DNA of 64,000 nt, taken from the NCBI RefSeq assembly GCF_006345805.1, contig NC_043011.1, forward strand, positions 16,008,464 through 16,072,463, read 5' to 3'. This DNA is from Octopus sinensis. Lineage: Eukaryota. Positions 26,060 through 40,746 of this stretch are shown one piece after another. A program made the translations under genes and the position numbers. Every line of letters begins with the position of its first letter. Position 1 is the stretch's first letter. Under the pieces are notes generated by a model. It saw only the letters and a list, made by a program, of their open reading frames with translations. It made no database searches and was not told where the DNA came from.

Positions 26060-26272
26060 CGAGGGGTGTTGAAGCACTCCCAGCTTTAAGGGTATTGGGG
26101 AGACCTGTTTGTAGGCCCAACTTTTTAAGACCTTTGACACGGCTTAGAAAAACTGAACGATCACTGCAATAAGTGTGTAAATCTTAGAGGGGACTATGTT
26201 GAATCAAATCATAATTAACTCATCCTCTTGGCTTTTCTTTTATCCAAAGCAGGTACTTATCAGCACCACTTC
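26060..26272 (+). mobile_element. Non-autonomous mariner derivative (MITE-like)
   Basis: TA-CGAGGGGTGTTGAA start, ...ACTTATCAGCACCACTTC end; internal AAGTGTGTAAATCTTAGAGGGGACTATGTTGAA = KCVNLRGDYVE, a mariner transposase C-terminus. Confidence 0.7.
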
Positions 26273-26584
26273 CAATGTCTGTCATGGCATATATGTGTGT
26301 GTGTGTGCATATGTGCGTGCCGGCGTGCTTGCATTTGTTGAAGCATATTACATATGCATACTTATTAATGCATTCGCATATACTGGACTACTCTCTTGAT
26401 GTATGATTTCTAGTTAGATATTTTTATTGCATGTTCCTCTTTTGTTGCCAAGGAATTGGAAAAATTAAGATCCAGGATAACATGTATAAATACATACATA
26501 CCTATATATATATTGGTATGTATGTATGTATATATATATATATATTATATATATATATATAATATATATATATATACCATATAT

Positions 26585-26585
<1 letters not shown>

Positions 26586-26630
<45 letters not shown>

Positions 26631-26631
26631 T

Positions 26632-26709
<78 letters not shown>
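26586..26709. repeat. (TAGA)n microsatellite
   Basis: Directly visible. Confidence 0.95.
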
Positions 26710-26710
<1 letters not shown>

Positions 26711-27349
26711 GAGTATATACCGTATAAAAGTATTAAACGATTTTTTGCAGAAACTGCACAATTCTCACAGATCATGAGGAGAAAGTCAGAATGACCGAGG
26801 GAGTGAGACAGGCAGAGGGAGATCAAAATTAATCTTGGTAATGTGTACAATGTTTGTTCGACTGATCATACATATATACCAATAATTCTTTTTGCTTTTT
26901 TCTTTTGACATTGTGAGGGAAAGTTATCGATATTACACATGTACACGAATGGTAACGCAAATGTTGCTTGATGCACAAAACGATTGGTTTAGCCTATTAT
27001 GTGTTTCCACACTTTCATTGAGGCCATGTTTACCCTCAACTATCGAATATTACGTTAACACAGCTAGGTACACGGGAGCAGGAATATGCATATAGGGAGA
27101 CATAGAAAAATATACAAATATACATATACACACACGTCCAATGTATATAAAATACAAATGCATTGGTTCATTATTGGTTATAAGGATACAATATGTGCGC
27201 GCGTGTCTCTGACTTTTGCGTGCATGTCTGTCCGCATGTACATATGACTATATGTGTATATATAAAGTAAATGTTTTATGTGTGTGTGATTCGGTGAGTA
27301 TGTGTATGTTTCGGGACGCGCGCGTGCGTATATATACATACATACATAC

Positions 27350-27394
<45 letters not shown>

Positions 27395-27727
27395 TATATG
27401 TATATACATGGCTCCGGGTTCAGTCCCGCTTTCGGCTATTGTCTTATCTATAACCCCTTACTAACGGTTAGTAAGGAGAGACACAAATAAGAAAGAAGAA
27501 AACAAAGGACCACTGATGCAGTCACAGGAGTGTGACGAAAGAACACTGGCCGAAATAAGATTAAGATTAATGTAAAAAATAAATAACACTGAAGCAAAGT
27601 AACACCAAATATATAGTGCGTGTGCTTTTATTGGCTAAACTGGCAAAATGACCATTCCGAAATATAACAATACCTATTTCAACTCACGACTTCACATAAA
27701 AAATCTTGCACAACAAATATATAAACG

Positions 27728-27759
<32 letters not shown>

Positions 27760-27831
27760 CGTATGTATGTATGTATGTATGTATGTATGTATGTATGTAT
27801 GTATGTATGGATGGATGGATGTATATATATA

Positions 27832-28739
27832 TTGACTTGGCAACTACATTGACGCACTTTTTTAAATTTTGGAATCTTTTATTTTCTCGAGAATTCTATT
27901 TTCAAATCATTTTAGAATCTTTTTTTGTATAGTTAATTTTACTTATTTTTTGTTTATTTTCAGATCCTTAAAAGGGAATGTCAAGTTAAGAAAAACGAGC
28001 ATTTTCAGACACCTTTCGCCTCAAGGTTCTAAGGCCATAAAAGCTGCTCGCGACATTTGTTTTGTGTATGGAGAGGGTGCCATAGCTGAAAGAACAACTC
28101 GTGATTAGTATGCCAAGTTCAAAACTGGAGATTTTGACCTCAAAGACGCATCACCCCCTGGCTGTCCAGTTGGGTTTGAAGAAGAGCGATTAAATCAGCT
28201 TTTGCACGAAAATTCTCGTCAAGAACTTCATCAACGATGTTGTGCGTATGGTGGGACTGGGAAGGGGTTGTCATTACGAACTACTTGAACGGAAGCAAAC
28301 GGTCAACGCGGAAGTCTATGTTCAACAGATGGATCGACTCAACTCGGCTAATCAAGATAAATCGGCAGCATATAGTTCAGCTGCACGACAACGCCCGCCC
28401 TCATATAGCCAATATGACCAAGGAAGCCATCCAAACGCTTGGCTGGGAAGCGCTACCACATCCGCCGTACTGTCTTGATTTGGCACCAACGGATTTCCAC
28501 CTCTTTCGATCTCTTTCAAATGCTATGCACGGAGTTTCGTTTAATATTGATACAGAATTGAAAGATTGTTTGGATCAAGTTTTTGAGTCGAAACCGAGGC
28601 ATTGAATATCTTGTTGAAAGTTGAGAAGAAGTTGTAAGCAATAAGGGTGAATGCATAATCGATTAATTAGTTATTTTTTATTTAAACTTTTAAAACATTT
28701 TAATTAAAGAAAGCGGCGGGAACTTAATTGCCAAGCCAA
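27832..28739 (+). mobile_element. Decayed, internally deleted mariner transposon (mellifera-like TIRs)
   Basis: TIRs TTGACTTGGCAACTA... / ...TAATTGCCAAGCCAA with TA flanks; N-terminal AARDICFVYGEGAIAERT; catalytic region MLCVWWDWEG, LHDNARPH, HPPYCLDLAPTDFHLFRSL; stops and frameshifts. Confidence 0.92.
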
Positions 28740-28759
28740 TATGTACAAACGCGTGTGTC

Positions 28760-28995
28760 TATGTAAGTGTGTTTTTATGTTGTTGCTTGCCCCCTCCGCA
28801 CTGCTTGACTACCGGTGCTGATGTGCTTATGTCACTGTAAATTAGCGATTCCTCAAAAAGGACCGATAGAAAAAGTAATATGCTTGGAAAACAAGTCGTG
28901 GCGTTCATTTGTTTGTACGACTAAAAACCTTCAAAGTGGTGCTCCGGCATGGATGCAATCAAATGACTGAAACCAGCAGAAAAATAAAAGAATAA
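28760..28995 (+). mobile_element. SINE family A, 3' part (diverged)
   Basis: CTGCTTGACTACCGGTGCTGATGTG...GGTGCTCCGGCATGG...AAATGACTGAAAC. Confidence 0.65.
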
Positions 28996-29046
28996 TTGAA
29001 TACATATATATGTGTGTATGTAAAGAAAATTGTCAATTTATGTTCA

Positions 29047-29117
<71 letters not shown>

Positions 29118-29450
29118 ATATCTATCTATCTATACCCCCATATATACACACAAACACACACACATCTATATATATACGTACATACAAACGTACATACATA
29201 CACATACATACATACATGCATACATACATACATACATACATACATGCATACATACATGCATGCATACATACATATATGCATACATACATGCATACATGCA
29301 TACATACATACATGCATACATACATGCATACATATATGCATGCATACATACATACATGCTACATACATGCATACATACATGCATACATGCATGCATACAT
29401 GCATACATGCATGCATACATGCATACATACATGCATACATACATACATAC
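29047..29450. repeat. (TCTA)n followed by (TACA/TGCA)n compound microsatellite
   Basis: Directly visible. Confidence 0.95.
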
Positions 29451-30235
29451 AGCAGTTCATGTATATTTTCATGCATACATACTTATATATATTGAGTGGC
29501 AACAAGAAACTACTTCCCCTTCGGGTCTGTACATTTCACATGGCTTCTTATCTTAACTCGATCACACATGTATTCATGAAATGACAGAAATGCATATACA
29601 TTCACACATGTACATTATCCCTCTCTTTCTTTTCTTACCCATACAGCGCACGTGCTATTACGTGCATTCCTCTAACAAGCGTCACACTAATATTTAGGGC
29701 ATATTGTATTATAGCTTTGAATGCAAACATATGCATATATATCCTTATTTATATATACGTAAAAGCATATATATACATCCGTGTATGTATTTTACTTCGA
29801 GTCTCTGTAATTGTGTAATGTGTTAATTTATCTGTGTGAATATGTACCTCTGAAACTTTGCAGATTAAGCTCAGAAAACCATTCCTAGTGACAATGAGTA
29901 ATCTATACAAAGAATTGTTTCTATCTTTCGGTTCTACACCAATCAGTCATTTACGCAGTAATGGATTCCTTTTTATTTATTCCTGATTCCTGTTCTTATT
30001 TATTGTTTCATATCCATTTTATGGGAAGAACTGCAAACACGTTCTTTGTTCTGGCAAATATATACAACGCAATATTCTGTTAACATGCAGTAGTTATCAT
30101 GCTTTGCGACATTAACTGTTCGGAGAAATAGAATCCATCTCCAGAGCCTACGTTATTTCAATTCATTAGTTATTGTTATATATATTCCGAAGGACCTTAT
30201 CAATACCATTGGCTATTTCAATGTATATATATATA

Positions 30236-30333
<98 letters not shown>

Positions 30334-30369
30334 ATATATTTGTATATGTATGTATATATATATATATGC

Positions 30370-30420
<51 letters not shown>

Positions 30421-30559
30421 CATAGATATATACATATACAAAAACCTGCTTCATTTTCTGCTCTGCACTCGACACAATTTGTAGCATCCAACAACACAAC
30501 ATCCCAACATACATGTTCCACTCAAAATATATTAATTTTCTACGAATGTATATATCTGC

Positions 30560-30642
<83 letters not shown>

Positions 30643-31241
30643 ATATGTATCTGATATATATATATATTTATATATGAAATATATATATACATGTGATATA
30701 TATATATATATATATAGATAGATAGATAGATATTTACATGTATTTGTGTGTGCATCTGTGTGCGCACACGCGCTTTTGGGTGTGTTTGAGCAAATGATAG
30801 TTGCCTTAGTTTCAATACAATGTTCCTTAATAGGACATAACTATTGATGAGAGAAGTAGGGATGCTAATTATGTATTTCAATAACTCTGAATTGAAGTGG
30901 ATATAATGATGTAGTAATTAATATGTTATATGTTATAAACCAGAAGAATTTACGTTACACACCAGTCCAAGCCACAAATGCTTTAACGAATGTCATTGAT
31001 CGATTTACTTTGAATATCTTGATGGCATACAATATTAACTTTCGCTAGTAATTGAGTGCAGCAAAACAATCTAGACAGTTGATGGTCCGTCGAAATTGTT
31101 TGTGTTGTTTGTTTATGTCCTCAGTGTTCCAATACTTCTGCTTTTGTTGTTACATTTTAATCTATTCGATATCATGCTACGTAACTATGGTTGATTTGAG
31201 AAAGTATTTCACCCATCAATATGCATATATACATACATTTA

Positions 31242-31331
<90 letters not shown>

Positions 31332-31499
31332 TATATATATATTATATATATATATAAAAAATTTATAAGTAAGGGAAAAGAATAATTTTCTAATGCCAAA
31401 ATATGCCGAAAATAGACATAACATCAATAACCATGTAATCAATCACTACAAGCAAGCGTTTCGAAGAAAACCGACAGAAATTTCTAAAAAATCCCGTTA

Positions 31500-31560
31500 T
31501 TACCATATCGGACCCGATTTCAGAGTTAGTTCATAAGAACCTTGTCTTCATCAGTGATAA
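31500..31560 (-). ncRNA. Type I hammerhead ribozyme in a TA-flanked island (about 31357-31690)
   Basis: Minus strand TTATCA-CTGATGA-AGACAAGGTTCTTATGAACTAACTCT-GAAA-TCGGGTCCGA-TA-TGGTAA: all three stems pair, intact core, AUA triplet. Confidence 0.8.
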
Positions 31561-32745
31561 ATGCTGCAAAGAAATAAGTGAAATACTTACTTATACCCAT
31601 GGAAGAAGTGAACACTAAGTCACGAGCACAATTAAGTACCCCAAATATATCCAATATAGAAACTCTCTAGCCCATCTCGAGACACATATATATAAAATTA
31701 AATTAAATTTTTTATCTTATATATATATATATTATTTTGCTCTTCTGAAAACATTAAGAATATTGGTAGTGATGCTGAGAGATATACCCGCTTTCATTTC
31801 AATTTCCATGCAAGTTAAATCCAATTGCGTCACTGAAGTCTTTGACAAGGTGTGAATATTAAAATAATATTACATCCGTCTTCTGTATCCCTTATATCGA
31901 TTTTTTGGGGGCGGGGAGATATGCGGTTTAAAATTAAGTTAAAATATCAATTATAAACTGGAACGAATTTTGAAGTAGTAGTGTTAATAGATCGATTTGA
32001 AATTATAGATTTTCGAGTTCATTAATTATAGATCCATTATGAAAATCTGGGAGACCAAAATGTTATGCAAACAAAATGGTTTCTGAAATGAAATGTGAAA
32101 TATTTAGAATGGTTAATACATTACACAAAATTGTACACTCTAATCCCTGTGCCTCTTATGTAGATTATATTATTCCAAAGTTACCAACAAAAGAATTCCT
32201 TGGCTATCCCTTCAGAATCTGCCCTAACTCAATCTATATTATCATCGAAAGTGGAAAGACACGTAGGATAATGTAATCCATGACGCAAGCAGGTGCGTTA
32301 TCAGTGGAAATTTTACACTCTTGCTAACTAGGGCTAAAATTATGCAATTTCAATAATATATAATGCTGGATTCTATGAAAGCTTTACATCAGGGCTTATA
32401 TCATATAAAACCTGAATGCAGCTGCTATTCGTGTTTGTCTCTTTTTCAATTTATAATTCGGATGTTGAGAAAGACTTTGCATCTTCCCATTTTATTTTGC
32501 CTTGATGTTGAATACCTACGTTCACACTTCAAACATTGAGCAAATATACGAAACCCCAAACACTTATCGGCATACAAAATTGGCTTAACTTTTTTTTATA
32601 TTTCTATCTCACTTTTAACTTTAATAAAAGGTGGAAACCATTTTACATTCTCCCTTTATATGGCAGCTGTAGCTTATTATTTTGTAACTGTTTTATTTCA
32701 TTCTTCGCAATTATATTTCGTCGAATGTACATACATACATACATA

Positions 32746-32803
<58 letters not shown>

Positions 32804-32804
<1 letters not shown>

Positions 32805-33900
32805 GAAAGGGTAGACAAGAGAAAACGGAAGTTTGGTATGTTGTTTTATAATATAATTCTATCGCCTTCAAATTAATCTCCAGTTATAGCCATGCATTGG
32901 TCCAAATGCGTGTTTTCCACTGTTCGAATCAGTCCTGGAAATCTTGAAAAGTGATGCGCTTTAACGCGTCCGTTGTTTGTTTCTTCACCTCTTCCATGTC
33001 TGCAAAACGTCTTCTTTTAAGAACATTTTTCTTTCAGGAGAGCAAATAAAAGTCGCGGGGAGCGAGATCAGATTAATAGGAGAGAGTGCAGAGGGATCAT
33101 GCCATTTTAATCAAAAACTAGCTCACACTCAAAGTGGTGCGCGTACGCTCGTTGTCGTGATGCAATTACCACACACCACTTTCCCACAAGCGTCTCGCAA
33201 ACCGTTCAGAGCATACAAGTAAAATGTGTGGTTAACAGTTTCACCAGGAGGAACAAATTCTGTATGGACAATTTATTTCGCATCGATGAAACCGAAACAA
33301 AGCATTATGGTCTTGACATTGGACTTCACTTGAGGCGCTTTAGGGGAGCGAGGTGACATCGAATGCTTCCATAGACTGGATTGCTACTTCGTTTCTGGGT
33401 ACTAGCCGTAGCACCAGCTTTCATCATCAGTGATGACCTTCGAAAAGATGTACGGATCAACTTCGTATTATTGTTTCAGTTCACGACTACGCATTCTGCC
33501 GCACATGCTTTTGATCTTCCGTGAGCATGTGGGGCACAAATTTTGCTGCAACTCATTTAATTTGCAATTCCACGCTCAAAATGCGTTGGCAGGAGCTTCA
33601 GAACACACCATTCATATCAATATGTTCATCAACTTTTCGGTGACGGTCCTCCAAGATCTGTTCATGAATATGTATGACGTTTTCGTTCGTTCGGGAGGTA
33701 GACGGTCACCATGAACGAGATTGGTCTTCAAGCGAAAAGCGTGAAAACCAATCGTGAACTTATGTTTTGTTCATGGCAGGGTCATTGTAAGCAGTTTCAA
33801 GCTTGACAACTATTTCGGCTGCCGTTTTCCCTGTCAGAATTTCACGGAAGCACGCTGTTCATTCATTTAGCGTTTCCGGTTACTTTTGTGTACTCTTTCG
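32804..33900 (-). mobile_element. Decayed mariner transposon (irritans-like)
   Basis: TIRs CGAAAGGGTAGACAAGAG / CTTTTGTGTACTCTTTCG; minus-strand translation gives VITDDESWCYG*YPETK*QS, LHHDN, SDLAPRDF, RRFADMEEVK, FEQWK, GD*FEGD. Confidence 0.88.
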
Positions 33901-33924
33901 TGTGTGCATATATATATATATATA

Positions 33925-34112
33925 CTGTTGTGTCTTGGGAGAGTCATTCGCTTTTAGTGCCTTATTATTTAACACACAATAGTCTATTGAAAAGTTTGCA
34001 AGACGCAACGAAAATTTTAGAAAATAAAACTAAGAAATAAGTGGAAATTTTACCGGTGAGTGTGTTAAATAATAAGGCACTAAAAGAGAATGACTCTCCC
34101 CAGACACAACAG
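33925..34112. mobile_element. MITE-like element with ~53-bp terminal inverted repeats
   Basis: CTGTTGTGTCTTGGGAGAGTCATTC...AACACAC (33925-33977) is the reverse complement of 34060-34112 with 2 mismatches. Confidence 0.8.
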
Positions 34113-34179
34113 AATATGCTTCAACACACAAACTCATATAAAGAATCTTGCAAACCAAATCTAAAAACGAAATATATAT

Positions 34180-34228
<49 letters not shown>

Positions 34229-34296
34229 GAGAGAGAGGGAGAGAAAGGGATATATATTATATATATTATATATATATATATATATATAGATAGATG

Positions 34297-34331
<35 letters not shown>

Positions 34332-35158
34332 TGATAGATTGTCTGATGTACACAAATAGCAGCTTGTGGGCACTGCGAAGATGTATGACAACAAGTGTTC
34401 TTATCAAGATTATATTCTTTAAAATTAAAATTCAAAGGATATTGAGTAGGAAGTTATGAATTTAACAGTTTTACAACAAGAAAATCTACCATACGTTCAC
34501 AAGTTATGTTGTTTTATTCAATATTTTTCCTCTTTCCATATTATTTTTTCCTCTTTCCATATTTCAAAATACTTGTCTTAAATTTTATTTTCATTTGAGG
34601 TAGTAGCACTCTTTTTCCTCACCCACCTTTATCACTGTACCCAGGAAAAGAAACCCTGCTTAAAAGCGAGAAAAAAAAAAGAATCATCCTGGTTATACTT
34701 AAGAGATATGTAACCTCGTATGTTTGAAGTTCATTTCCTCTGCAGGCGGCTTTGTTCATTCGACCGTACGTTTAATTCTACGTGCATCACTTAACGTAGC
34801 TGTCAGCAATACTTCTCATATCAACTTAGATTTCTGCTGTGCATTAAACAATGTTTATCAACGGGGAAATATATTTCGTATCGCCTTTGTTGCATGTATC
34901 CAAAGTTAATAATAAGTCAGTAAATGCGTCATGAACATACGGAAGTATCCACCTGCACAGATTGCATAATACTGAGCACGTGCCTGGATAAATATATGCT
35001 TATATTTCCTACATATAACTTCCAGACTTCAAAACAGATGAATAATTCAAAATTTATGATAGTAAAAGCAATTTCAAGTGACCAACTCTTCTTCTACAGA
35101 GACTACGGTGTTGTTGTACAGTAATGTTTTAGAATTAATTTTTGATTACTCATGATTA

Positions 35159-35549
35159 GGCGCAGGAGTGGCTGTGTGGTAAGTAGCTTGCTTACCAATC
35201 ACATGGTTTCGGGTTCAGTCCCACTGCATAGCACCTTGTGCAAGTGTCTTCTACTATAGCAACGAACCGACCTTGTGAGTGAATTTGGTAGACGGAAACT
35301 GAAAGTAACCCGTCGTATATACGTATATATATATATATATATGTGTGTGTTTGTTTGTGTGTCTGTATTTGTCCCCCAAAATCGTTTGACAACCGATGCT
35401 GGTGTGTTTACGTCCTCGTAACTTAGCGGTTCGGCAAAAGAGACCGGTAGAATAAGTACTAGGCTTCCAAAGAATAAGTCCTGGGTGTCGATTTCCTCGA
35501 CTAGAGGCGGTTTCTCCAGCATGGCTGAAACAAGTAAAAGAGTAAAATG
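35159..35549 (+). mobile_element. SINE family A, near full length
   Basis: GGCGCAGGAGTGGCTGTGTGGTAAGTAGC...GGGTTCAGTCCC...tail AAACAAGTAAAAGAGTAAAA. Confidence 0.88.
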
Positions 35550-35577
35550 AGAGATTAACATAAAGAGATTGATGCAA

Positions 35578-35760
35578 AGCGGCGAGCTGGTAGAATTGAT
35601 AGCACATCGAGCGGAATGCTTAGATGTAATTTATCCGTTGTTACGCTCGGTGTTCAAATTCTATCGAGTTCGACATTTTTGGGGGTTTGATAAAAAATAC
35701 ACCAGTTGAATTCTGGTGTCGATATAATCGACTCAGCACTTCCTCCAAAAATTTCAGACT
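35578..35760 (+). mobile_element. SINE family B, diverged copy
   Basis: GCGGCGAGCTGGTAGAATTG...GTTCAAATTC. Confidence 0.65.
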
Positions 35761-36021
35761 TTGAGTATACCTAATATACACTAAATTTATTAGAGTAATT
35801 CATTTCATTTGAAACTTTTATGATTTCCATTGTTTCATTTCATATTACTTCATTCATAATATTGTTGTGTTTCCAAACTTCAAAATAAAATTTTAGTTTG
35901 AGGTACACTATGTGCCCAGGGGAAATTACATGAATACACATTCATGCATACACACTCAAAAATACATATGCATATATGTACATACATAATACGCATATAG
36001 GTATATATATATATATGTATC

Positions 36022-36084
<63 letters not shown>

Positions 36085-36096
36085 ATATATATAATA

Positions 36097-36459
36097 TAGT
36101 CAATACAGATATAGGGTGAAATATAATTAATTTAATAAAATCAACAATTTCACCTAGTAGTATTTCGGTATGGAAAAGGACCATGTTCGGTAAAAATTTA
36201 TATAATTATAATAATAAGGTTTTTTTTAAAGGGATTTTAATAAGGGTTTACATAAATTATTATAATCATATATATATATTATATATATATAGTCAATACA
36301 GATTTAGGATGAAATATAATTAATTTAATAAAATCAGCAAATTTCACCTAGTAGTATTTCGGTATGGAAAAGGACCATGTTCGGTAAAAATTTATATAAT
36401 TATAATAATAAGGTTTTTTTTTAAAGGCATTTTAATAAAGGTTTACATAAATTATTATA

Positions 36460-36463
<4 letters not shown>
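36097..36463. repeat. Tandem duplication of a ~175-bp island separated by a TA tract
   Basis: TAGTCAATACAGAT...AAATTATTATAATCA at about 36097-36268 and 36290-36463. Confidence 0.9.
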
Positions 36464-36504
<41 letters not shown>

Positions 36505-36931
36505 GCATATGAATATATACATATATATTATAATTCTTTATAATTTTCACCTTAAAAGGCATTCATTCTTCTGTTGGGAAGTCTGGAATTTACATGTCGG
36601 AAATATAAGCATATATTTATCCAGGCACGTGATCAGTATTATGTAATCCGTGTAGGTGGATAATTCCGTATGCTCATGACGCTTTTACTGACTTATTATT
36701 ATCAACAGATCCCGAACAATGTAACCGGCCCGTCCGTCCAGCACCTAACGTCGCATAAGCTGTGCGCTTATGTTATCGACCACAAAAGGATGAAGAGCCA
36801 AGGAGACGTCGAAGAAATGTGTATACAGAACAGATAGATGGACGACATGCCGCTAAATATTAAGCCCGGCGAGTAATGATTCTACCAACTCTCCATCTTG
36901 AATTATTATTGCATTATTATTGCACATATAT

Positions 36932-37336
36932 TACTCTTTTACTCTTTCTCTTGTTTCAGTCATTTGACTGTAGCCAGGACTTATTTTTTTGTAATAATCG
37001 ACCCCAGGACTTATTTTTTGTAGGCCTAGTACTTATTCTATCGGTCTCTTTTGCCGAATCCCTAAGTTACGAAGAGGTGAGCACACCAACATCGGTTGTC
37101 AAGCGATGTTAGGGAGACAAACATAGACAAACAAACATATATACACACATAGATATATATATATACATATATATGATATGCTTCTTTCAGTTTCCGTCTA
37201 CCAAATCCACTCACAAGGCTTAGGTCGGCCTGAAGCTATAGTAGAAGACACTTGTCTAAGGTGCTACGCAGTAGGACTGAACCCGTAACCATGTGGTTGT
37301 TAAACAAGATACTTACCACACAGCGATTCCTACGCT
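36932..37336 (-). mobile_element. SINE family A
   Basis: Matches 47488-47891. Confidence 0.85.
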
Positions 37337-37384
37337 TATTAAGCAAATATTCAAGTAGAATGTTGTCATTAAATAATATTTTCT

Positions 37385-37589
37385 ATTATAGGCACACAAC
37401 CTGAAATTTGGTGGGAGGGGTAGTCGATTACGTTGACACCAGTGCATAAGTGGTACTTATGTCATCGGCGACGAAAGGGTGAAAGAAAAAGTAGACCTCG
37501 GCGGAATTTGAGCTTAGAATGTAGGAACGTACGAAATGCTGCTAAGCATTTTTCCCGGGGTGGTAACGATTCAGCCAGCTTGCCGCCTT
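37385..37589 (-). mobile_element. SINE family B, diverged copy
   Basis: GTAGACCTCGGCGGAATTTGAGCTTAGAA...GCCAGCTTGCCGCCTT. Confidence 0.75.
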
Positions 37590-39514
37590 ACTTTGTCATT
37601 AAAAAATACTTGTCCAAATGTGAGTAGAAAAAAAATAATACTCCAAGAGTTTTCTAAAAAAATCATACTAGCTAAGAATTCAATTTTAGAATACAGAGAT
37701 TATACAACTGTAGCTCAATAGTTACATATTTTACCTATATCAGTCCCAAGTAAAGCTTAAAAAGACTGCTTCACAGTTTGATAGTGTACCAAATAATAAC
37801 AAATTGACATTACACTTGTGAGGATATTTTTTATGTCAATAAACAAAAGTAAAGATACATCTATAATGGACTGACGGATACGTTAATGTGTAAATAGATA
37901 ATTAAATGACAGTATAAAATATCCATATTTCGAACATCATCTGTAAAATGGGAAATCGAAAAGCGAAAACGTCGACAGATTCCATAGCAACATGCTCTGG
38001 TAAAATTTGACCGTGTATTTTATTTGCTACACTGAAACGATTCGGTAGTGATACTTTCAGTTAAACGTACACTATTATCCTCACACAAGAGACATTGAAA
38101 GAAACCTAAGCACATTGAAATCTCCAGATTGTCCCCCACACCGTATTGTACATAAAATAATCAGAAGTAAAACTTTTTGCAATACTAAATGTTCCAATGC
38201 GCAATATATAGCTCTATGCACACAAAAACTACATAGGTTCAAAAACAGACATTGCGTTACAAAATGTTCTATTCATTCAATAAGAGGGGAAATGGAATAT
38301 TACAGCCGAATTATTAAACGGTCGATTGGAATCCAATTTTCTTTCTCCGAGTGATTTGCCAACCAATGCTGGACGTAATAAAACAAGTCTACTTAGAATG
38401 AGTTATTTCCCTTATAAGGTTTCATTTTCATTCATCTTGAATAAAATAAAGCAGACCATAAAAACGAAAGTATTTACGGGAGATGTGTTTGTCTTTTGAA
38501 ATGTGGACATCATTTTCAACAAAATATTTTGAAATCTAAGTATAAAAAAACACAAACTAGACAACAGTGTGTTTATGTCCATTATAGCTTCAGCTTTCGC
38601 ATTCAGTCTGTTTTTTTCATACATTTCTAATAATGGTTCCCTACTGGAAAACAGTAGAAGTCATTTCCGGTTGGTTACACTACAATACATCATAATATAT
38701 TGCATTGAAGTACACATTCGTGTAATCAGTTCACAAGAATCGAATATTTTGGATATATTCAATCAATTCTTTTAATACCTTAGCTTCGATAATGACTATA
38801 GATGTGAATAGATAAATAGCGCAGCAAGTGGTAGAGATGATTTGTATTTTCTTTCAGTGGTAGGCTTCACACCAGGCATTCAATCAATTGTAGTGACTAG
38901 CTCAATACATTGTCCTCTTTCTCCAACAGAAAGTGGAAACAGAATAACCACTTCAGAAATCGATACTATACAATGATCGACAACTTAGAAATCTTGGGCA
39001 CAGCTTTCTTTGAAACATTGAAAAGGCTGCCTACTCACAACTACACTTCCTAAACATTACACCTTCTTTACTAGGCACCATAAATCTCTTTTAAATTCTA
39101 CATTTCATAGACATAATAGCTATCACGTTATGTCGTTACAAACTTGAGGTATTATTTTATATAAAAATATCATACGAAATAGTTTTTACATATCATTTCA
39201 GTCACTATCTATTAATATCAATCACACCATTCTATATTGTTTGGTACTGTTTACGACTTCAGAATTATGTTTCTTAAGAATTCCATATCTCCCAAAATAA
39301 AATTTGTCCTCGCCACGCTATTACTTTCTATGAAACACAACACCACCGCCGCCGCCACGAAACGCATCATACTTTAGATTCCGAATTATTTCAAATCTCA
39401 GTAGAGCATATCCTGCTTCCTGTGAGTATCCTTCTACCACTCAATCTTTCTCAAAATCTATCTGCTACAGCCTCAGGCGTATGCCTCTCCACTTCTCTCT
39501 CTCTCTCTCTCTTG

Positions 39515-39595
<81 letters not shown>

Positions 39596-39692
39596 CATGC
39601 ATGCATATTTGTGCATAAACATATACGTGTTTACATAGAAAGGAAAGGTGATATATATATATACATATATATATTATTATATATATATAATC

Positions 39693-39727
<35 letters not shown>

Positions 39728-40121
39728 CCTTCCTCTCTCTCTATGTAGACACGTATATATTTATGCACAAATATGCATGAATACATACATACATACATAC
39801 ATACATACATACATACATACATACATACATACATACATACATACGTACGTACGTACATAATACATACATACATACATATATACACACATACATGTATATA
39901 AACACATGTGTAATAATATATCTACTTAAAAGACTTTTGGTAAATGTCGTGTTGTGATCGAAGCAACAATTTCCAACGCCTATCTTATAATAAACAACAA
40001 CTTCTACACAAAAAGTATTCCACTGAAAGAGAATGAAATTTCTATCAAAACAAAGTAACACCCACCTCAAAAACTTAAAAACAGCAACAATAACATAAGA
40101 CTACTTTATTTGAAGTTAATA

Positions 40122-40242
40122 ATATATTATATTACATTATATTATATTATATTATATTATATTATATTATATTACATTATATTATATTATATTATATTAT
40201 ATTACATTATATTATATATATTATATTTTATTTTATATATAT

Positions 40243-40311
<69 letters not shown>
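40122..40311. repeat. (ATTAT)n, (TA)n and (GA)n microsatellites
   Basis: Directly visible. Confidence 0.9.
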
Positions 40312-40314
<3 letters not shown>

Positions 40315-40746
40315 CAACATTGTACCGTACTAGAGGTAGGAATGTTGTGAGACTGGTAATACCGGCATGTGCTATCGAGGTAGGGGAGTAAACAATAATA
40401 ACAGTGTTAAAACATATAAGGAGGACAATATAAATGGAAATGGCAGGAGGAATGGTGATAAATATGACTGTAGTAGGGGAGGGTAAGTATAGATATAGTG
40501 ATGTGAGGGTGAGAAGAGGAGAGTAATTTCCATAAGCAATAGCGGAAGGTAACAATTATGCAATCAAACGCAGTAGTATCAATTGTAGTAACAATAAGAA
40601 GAATAGCCCGTTAGAAAATCTCTATTCGATATCGAAGAAGTATACGAATTAAGAAGTCTTGCATATGGTCGCTTTAATGCGGTCGTCATCTAACAGATGA
40701 CGGTACTGCCATTTTCTAACGGATGAGTTTCCTAGTTACAAAATCA

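Noticed and set aside
33410-33435. Minus-strand CTGATGATGAAA
   Set aside because: It is the ITDDESW codon stretch of the mariner transposase; no stems
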